Source: an uncultured Clostridia bacterium | Lineage (GTDB): Bacteria; Bacillota; Clostridia; Christensenellales; UBA3700 | Length of the DNA: 42,316 nt | Direction: 5' to 3' | Assembly (NCBI GenBank): GCA_946623205.1 | Contig: CAMOQV010000001.1 | Span: 1-42,316, forward strand | In this document: positions 42,210-42,316 of the stretch, in pieces | Position numbering within the stretch: position 1 is the stretch's first letter | Layout: every line of letters begins with the position of its first letter | Made by a program: the position numbers and the translations under genes | The notes under the pieces: model-generated | The model's input: the letters and a program-made list of their open reading frames with translations, nothing else | What the model was told of the DNA's origin: nothing | Databases searched by the model: none

Positions 42210-42316
42210 GTGTTTTTCGCTGTGCTACATTTGCAATTGCCCAAGTTTATATTGCAAATACCCCTCTTGATTGTCTGACTCTCTAACTATAAGAAAGTCT
42301 TTATTTAATTTTTTCA

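Noticed and set aside
42229-42259. The inverted repeat ATTTGCAAT-N13-ATTGCAAAT upstream of the tRNA promoter, as a terminator or operator
   Set aside because: It is AT-rich with a long loop and no adjoining T-tract on either strand. It also sits at the window edge, with the upstream gene unseen, so there is too little context.

Overview
This is an AT-rich, low-GC window, consistent with a fermentative Bacillota or Mollicutes-like anaerobe using the standard genetic code. No phylogenetic marker was checked, so that assignment is an inference. The window splits into two parts.

(1) Positions 651-20634 hold one tightly packed minus-strand operon of eight genes, which is the unusual part. It encodes:
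- a small 3-TM protein;
- a single-pass BspA-type LRR surface protein;
- three membrane-anchored paralogues of a McrB-type AAA+ NTPase module. Two have intact Walker A and B motifs and share a perfectly identical 1,117-bp segment. The third is catalytically degenerate and carries an acidic tail;
- a protein in the McrC position, with a DUF2357-like N-terminus followed by a long coiled coil and no nuclease;
- two type-II-anchored transglutaminase-core proteins (739 aa and 3,373 aa) decorated with MBG-like YDG repeats.

The operon has no DNA-binding domain, nuclease or methylase. I read it as an uncharacterised membrane NTPase plus giant surface transglutaminase/adhesin system, not as a restriction system.

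(2) Positions 20698-42316 hold ordinary core and fermentative genes:
- a HAD hydrolase, a DUF975 membrane protein and an EEP-family phosphoesterase;
- pflB-pflA, preceded by a well-supported ZTP (pfl-motif) riboswitch with an attenuator;
- a Gly-rich secreted protein;
- a 1,225-aa fused ABC ATPase / FtsX-type permease;
- trmB and a DUF2804 protein;
- malic enzyme, an Ldh_2-family dehydrogenase and a GPH-family symporter;
- a hydC-hydB-hydA [FeFe]-hydrogenase operon. Its HydA carries TSCSP in place of the canonical TSCCP proton-relay motif;
- a tRNA-fMet / tRNA-Met pair.

All domain calls come from motif recognition by eye. No database search was run.
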